NCBI GenBank assembly: GCA_001179505.1
Contig: CDMY01000320.1
Span: 1 to 64,000 of the forward strand
Length of the DNA stretch: 64,000 nucleotides
Source of the DNA: Vitrella brassicaformis CCMP3155
Taxonomy: Eukaryota; Protista; Chromerida
Direction of reading: 5' to 3'
Of this stretch, positions 62,365-64,000 are shown in pieces (the stretch's first letter is position 1; every line of letters starts with the position of its first letter). Under the pieces are notes generated by a model. It did no database searches. It saw only the letters and a list, made by a program, of their open reading frames with translations, and was not told where the DNA came from. Both the position numbers and the translations under genes were made by a program.

Positions 62365-64000
62365 TCACGCCACTCTGCGGCTGCCAACAACCACCTTGTT
62401 CTTCATTCCACAGAGGGTTCCACCGCCTGTCTTGACACACCTGGCCGCACTCTCCTTCTGCACCTTCAGCAGCCGATCAACATTGGCAAATATGTCTCGA
62501 GGCATCCGAGCGCGCCCATTCGGCCGCTCTCTGTCGTCTTCCTGGTGCGACGAAGACGAGGTGCTGGAGACGGCCTCTTCTGTCGGTGACGCCTCTCTCT
62601 GCTTCAGGCGAGCATTGAGGTCAATTTCGGTGCCGCAGGGGCCGGCCTTTTTCAGTCTCCATGCAACGAGCCGGTCCAGCTGCCGATGATATCGACGCAA
62701 TACACTCTCGCTCCTGCAGTGATTGAAGAGACACACAGGGAGACACGGATCGATCAGCATCCGCCTGGCCGGCCACTCTGTCTGACCTGGATCTCTGCAA
62801 AGTTTGTTCCTTGTGGTGCCTGGCGATGGGCGAGTACTCCTCCATTGCGATGCCGTCATCCCCTTCCCACACCTCCGTCCCGGCCAACGACGACGCAAAG
62901 GACATCCGCCGCTGAGCACCGCCCTTGCGCATGGTTCTCAGCCATGTCTTGATGCTCCGGAGGATCAGCTGTCCCTCCAGGTCCAGCTCTTCGTTTGTCT
63001 TCTTCACGCGTGCGATCTCCTCTTGTCTCTTACGCCATTCCTTGAGGACGATTGAGGGTCCGCCCTGCGAGTAGCCTGGGGAGCATTGGGCGAGGTCCAT
63101 CTGAGAGAGGATGTTGGTCACCTGCTCCATCACCTCTCTGAAGGCCCGGCCGAGACCCCCGACCTCCACATACTTTGATGGGATCTTCTCGATGAAGGTC
63201 TCGAGCATGAGGAGCACCTCGCCAATGCGCTCCGGCTCGGTGATCAGGTGCATGTCTGCCAAGATCTTCTTCCACTGCTCCAGCTCCCGTGCGGCTTTCT
63301 GCTGCCGATCCCCGCCGTCATCTGAGTCCTCGTCGCTGCTCTCCTCATCTAACTTGTCTCGCCTGGGGCCCAGTAGCGATTCTGTGTCCTTTGAGGTGGC
63401 GAGTGTCTTGGCCTCGCCGTGATACCCTGATAAGCTCAGCTGACGTACCATGCTTTCGGGCATTGCCTCCTCTTCGCTCTCCCTCCTGCCGGCTGTGGAT
63501 GGGGGGGGCAGCGATGTGTGAGACACCTTAAAGGGCATGTTTCTTCTGTCTTACCTGGGGCTTTTGGTGCTGGTTTGGTGAGCTTGATGGCGGCAGGCTT
63601 TGGTGTGGTGGATGCCGGCGATGCAGGTCGATACACAGACACCCTCGTGGTGGCCTTCCGACCCTTCTTGAGCTCATGTGAGACGCCACTTGGCGCAAGC
63701 TCGGCTTTCCTGCACACATGGTTGAAGATAGTAGGGAAACATCCATCGATAGCATGTCTTTCTTCCTCCCTCCCTCCGTACTGTGCATTGAGGCTGAGTA
63801 TGAAAGTGATGCTTTTGAGCTGCGCCTCGGCGACCGACAGGCGATGGGCGTAGACGCTGTAGGCCTCTGACTCCTTGACGCTCATCATGTCCACGCTCGA
63901 CAGGCCCCTCGTCAGCGCCCTGCGGAAGTCTCTGTCTCTGAACGTAGGCGGCATGGCACTGCTGCTGTCGGCCTTGCTTAGCCCGCGAGGCTCCGTCACG
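62365..64000 (-). CDS. 3' part of a hypothetical protein entering from the window end
   Basis: Three long exon-like ORFs (63436.., 62621.., 62365..) joinable at GT-AG sites, with helical and coiled-coil stretches. No domain recognised. Confidence 0.65.

Noticed and set aside
1-64000. Prokaryotic features (operons, CRISPR arrays, rRNA/tRNA, phage or defence systems)
   Set aside because: The sequence is clearly spliceosomal-intron-containing eukaryotic DNA. I saw no regularly spaced repeat-spacer array or tRNA/rRNA signature by eye. tRNAscan-SE and Infernal were not run.

Overview
Eukaryotic, intron-rich genomic DNA: GC-rich exons, short GT-AG introns full of (CA)n/(GACA)n/(CATC)n microsatellites, and one 300-nt assembly gap. 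Gene content (ankyrin+bromodomain protein, CRT-family transporter, RAP-domain protein, cytosolic-type TyrRS) and intron style point to an alveolate, most likely a chromerid such as Vitrella (inference). The ORF track is mostly intron read-through and antisense noise, so I assembled gene models by hand from splice sites, and boundaries are approximate. About 20 genes or gene fragments are supported: an ammonium transporter with a C-terminal C2 domain, coiled-coil proteins, a degenerate Hsp70 fragment, an ankyrin-bromodomain protein, an AbfB+GT77-like glycosyltransferase, CRT, GGACT, TyrRS, two inverted copies of a DUF2256 gene, two frameshifted atypical kinase-like genes, a secreted Cys-rich protein, a CBS-domain protein, a RAP protein and APRT. 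Highlights are the AMT-C2 fusion, a GCGAGCT motif recurring in very short head-to-head intergenic regions, a nested inverted/direct repeat structure around a kinase-like gene, and a folate-receptor-like/His-rich/FN2-like surface protein. I recognised no rRNA, tRNA or CRISPR array.
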